NCBI GenBank assembly: GCA_963801165.1 | Contig: CAWDDT010000004.1 | Coordinates: forward strand, 256,001-320,000 | Direction: 5' to 3' | Length of the DNA stretch: 64,000 nucleotides | Source: an uncultured bacterium | Lineage (GTDB): Bacteria > Actinomycetota > Acidimicrobiia > Spongiisociales > UBA5794 | In this document: piece after piece, positions 62,339-64,000 of the stretch | Position numbering within the stretch: the first letter of the stretch is position 1 | Layout: every line of letters starts with the position of its first letter | Program-made: the position numbers and the translations under genes | The notes under the pieces: model-generated | Told to the model about the DNA's origin: nothing | Database searches by the model: none | What the model saw: the letters and a program-made list of their open reading frames with translations, nothing else

Positions 62339-62385
62339 TTCTACTTCCCACCGCACCGGCCGGCTGCCGGACGAGGAGACATGAG

Positions 62386-62553
62386 ATGAACAAGCTGATA
62401 GACAACGAGTCCGGACAGGCGACCGCGGAGTATGCGCTCGTGGTTGTGGCCGCGGCCGCGATCGCGGGGGCGTTGATCGTGTGGGCGACGAGTACCGGGG
62501 CTCTGGGCGCCCTGTTCGATGCGGTGATCAGCCGCGTCTCGAGCTTCATGTGA
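62386..62553 (+). CDS. Flp-type pilin (DUF4244-like)
   Basis: G^QATAEY prepilin motif and hydrophobic helix; GAGGAG RBS. Confidence 0.88.
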   Translation: MNKLIDNESGQATAEYALVVVAAAAIAGALIVWATSTGALGALFDAVISRVSSFM

Positions 62554-62908
62554 GCCAGCGAGGCTCGGCAACCGTGGAATTCGCCCTACTCGTCCCGCTG
62601 CTCATCCTGGTGATGGGGCTCATAGTCGAGGTCGCGGTGGCAGGCAGGCTCCAGATCGAGGTGGTGGCGGCGGCCCGAGAGGGGCGCGGGTCGCGGCCAC
62701 TACACCCGACCCGGCGGCGGCATTGGCGGCGGTGACCGACGCGCTCGGTCCCCGCGGGGACGACGCGAAGGTCACGGTGCACCGACCACACGTGGTCGGT
62801 GCCGAGGCCAGTGTCACCGTCAGTCTCGAGCATCGGGTGAGTCTGCTTCCGTTCGAATGGATCAGCGTCCCCCTTTCGGCGACATCCGTTATGCGGGTAG
62901 AGCGGTGA
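62550..62908 (+). CDS. tadE: TadE-like pseudopilin, frameshifted in a G run near 62683
   Basis: RG^SATVEFALLVP; adding one G restores AAREGARVAA. Confidence 0.82.
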
Positions 62909-63294
62909 GCCGTCAGCGGGGCGCGGTGTCTTTGATCGTCGCCGGTCTGCTTGTCATCGGGGTCGTGTTGTCACTGCTGCTCGTCGACGTTGCCCGGGTG
63001 GCCGCGGCGCGGGCCCGGCTCAGCGCGGCCGCCGACGCCGCAGCCCTGGCGGCAGCACCGGCAACCTTCGCCGACTTCGGTGCGGGCTCTGACCCGAAGA
63101 GCGCCGCAGGCGAAACCGCAACGGCGAACGGGGCGCAGCTCGTCGTATGCCGGTGCCCTGTCGATCACACATGGGCGTCTCGCACCGTCCAGGTCGTGGT
63201 GTCCGCAGACATCGACCTGACGATGCTCGGCTCCCGTCGTCTGCAGGCATCGGCTGCAGCCGAGTTCAGCCCGGTCCGGCTGGCGGGCCGATGA
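62905..63294 (+). CDS. Rv3654c/TadG-like pseudopilin
   Basis: RG^AVS, TM, AADAAALAAA, ANGAQLVVC. Confidence 0.8.
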   Translation: MSRQRGAVSLIVAGLLVIGVVLSLLLVDVARVAAARARLSAAADAAALAAAPATFADFGAGSDPKSAAGETATANGAQLVVCRCPVDHTWASRTVQVVVSADIDLTMLGSRRLQASAAAEFSPVRLAGR

Positions 63295-63325
63295 CATGCG
63301 CATTACGTTTCGCTATGCTTATCGC

Positions 63326-63574
63326 ATGGCACAACTGGTGACGCGGATCGATGACGAGCTGGCCAGGCTGGTAGATGACCTGGTCTCCGACGGCGTTGTC
63401 GAATCGCGCTCGGATGCGGTTCGGCGCGGTCTGCGTGTGCTCGTCGACGACCACCGGCGGCGCAAGATCGGCGAACAGATCGTGCGCGGCTATCGGGCCG
63501 TGCCGCAGACCGAGACGGAAGTCGGCTGGGTCGACTCCGCCACCGTGGCCATGATCACCGAGGCACCGTGGTGA
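63326..63574 (+). CDS. Ribbon-helix-helix antitoxin
   Basis: QLVTRIDDEL..SRSDAVRRGL; GTGA overlap with toxin. Confidence 0.85.
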   Translation: MAQLVTRIDDELARLVDDLVSDGVVESRSDAVRRGLRVLVDDHRRRKIGEQIVRGYRAVPQTETEVGWVDSATVAMITEAPW

Positions 63575-63879
63575 CACCTGCCCAGGGCGAGATCTGGTGG
63601 GCCGAAGCCGAAGACAAGCGGCGACCGGTTCTCGTCGTCACCAGGTCCGAAGCCATCCCGGTACTCACCTGGCTGCTCGTCGCCCCGGTCACCCGCACGA
63701 TCCGCGGCATCCCCACGGAGGTCCCTCTTGGCGACGACGACGGCGTCGCCGTGCCATGTGTCGCCGCATTCGACAACCTCCAGCCCATCCGTCGGTCATT
63801 TCTGACTGAGCGGGTGGGGACGATCGGCCCGCGACGTCAGGAGATCTGTCGAGCTCTCGCGGCCCTCGCCGACTGCTGA
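63571..63879 (+). CDS. mazF: MazF/PemK toxin
   Basis: GEIWWAE..KRRPVLVVTR, APVTRTIRGIPTEV, FDNL. Confidence 0.92.
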   Translation: MTPAQGEIWWAEAEDKRRPVLVVTRSEAIPVLTWLLVAPVTRTIRGIPTEVPLGDDDGVAVPCVAAFDNLQPIRRSFLTERVGTIGPRRQEICRALAALADC

Positions 63880-64000
63880 CTGTGTCTCGGGGCGGGCTCG
63901 AAGACGTCCGGCGTTGACGAGGGCGACGACCGAGGCGCCGGCAGCCACCGCCAGCACGCCCGATGTGAACAAGCGGGCGAACCAGTCGTAATCGTTGCTG
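63796..64000 (-). CDS. 3' end of a probable membrane protein entering from the right edge
   Basis: SNDYDWFARLFTSGVLAVAAGASVVALVNAG..; first in-frame stop at 63798-63796, inside mazF. Confidence 0.4.
   Translation of the reverse strand, partial: SNDYDWFARLFTSGVLAVAAGASVVALVNAGRLRARPETQSAVGEGRESSTDLLTSRADRPHPLSQK

Overview
A GC-rich bacterial chromosome segment with mostly actinobacterial gene content: MazEF pairs, HAD+Ssd+Tad/Flp locus, DUF222-HNH gene, GlnR-like boxes and a SigR/SigH-type promoter. A complete System I cytochrome c maturation operon suggests a non-Actinomycetia lineage such as Acidimicrobiia (inference). In order it carries: tldD-tldE; a His-tailed thioredoxin divergent from ccmABCDEFH-I-G; a VWA lipoprotein; a frameshifted HNH gene; an ECF sigma/putative anti-sigma pair; pepN; hutH and hutUI split by CapA and ABC-2 genes; a MazEF pair; a two-component system divergent from an ApbE flavinylation/heme-b module; glnD facing amtB-glnK; leuC-PPOX-leuD; MFS; adenine/adenosine deaminase with a structured leader; a 2036-aa alpha-2-macroglobulin lacking the CxEQ thioester motif; ArsR-SRPBCC-VOC; a Tad/Flp cluster; and a second MazEF pair. 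I found no rRNA, tRNA, CRISPR array, transposase or integrase. Six single-base frameshifts look like assembly indels. Best leads: (1) the ApbE module with two domain-less low-complexity proteins as candidate substrates; (2) five unrelated tandem repeat arrays at gene stop codons, one G4-capable and just upstream of the pilin gene; (3) a MazEF cassette flanked by a duplicated gene end; (4) a candidate purine-sensing RNA; (5) a shared GGAACC-N17-CGTC promoter before two envelope proteins. Family assignments come from motif recognition by eye, not database searches.
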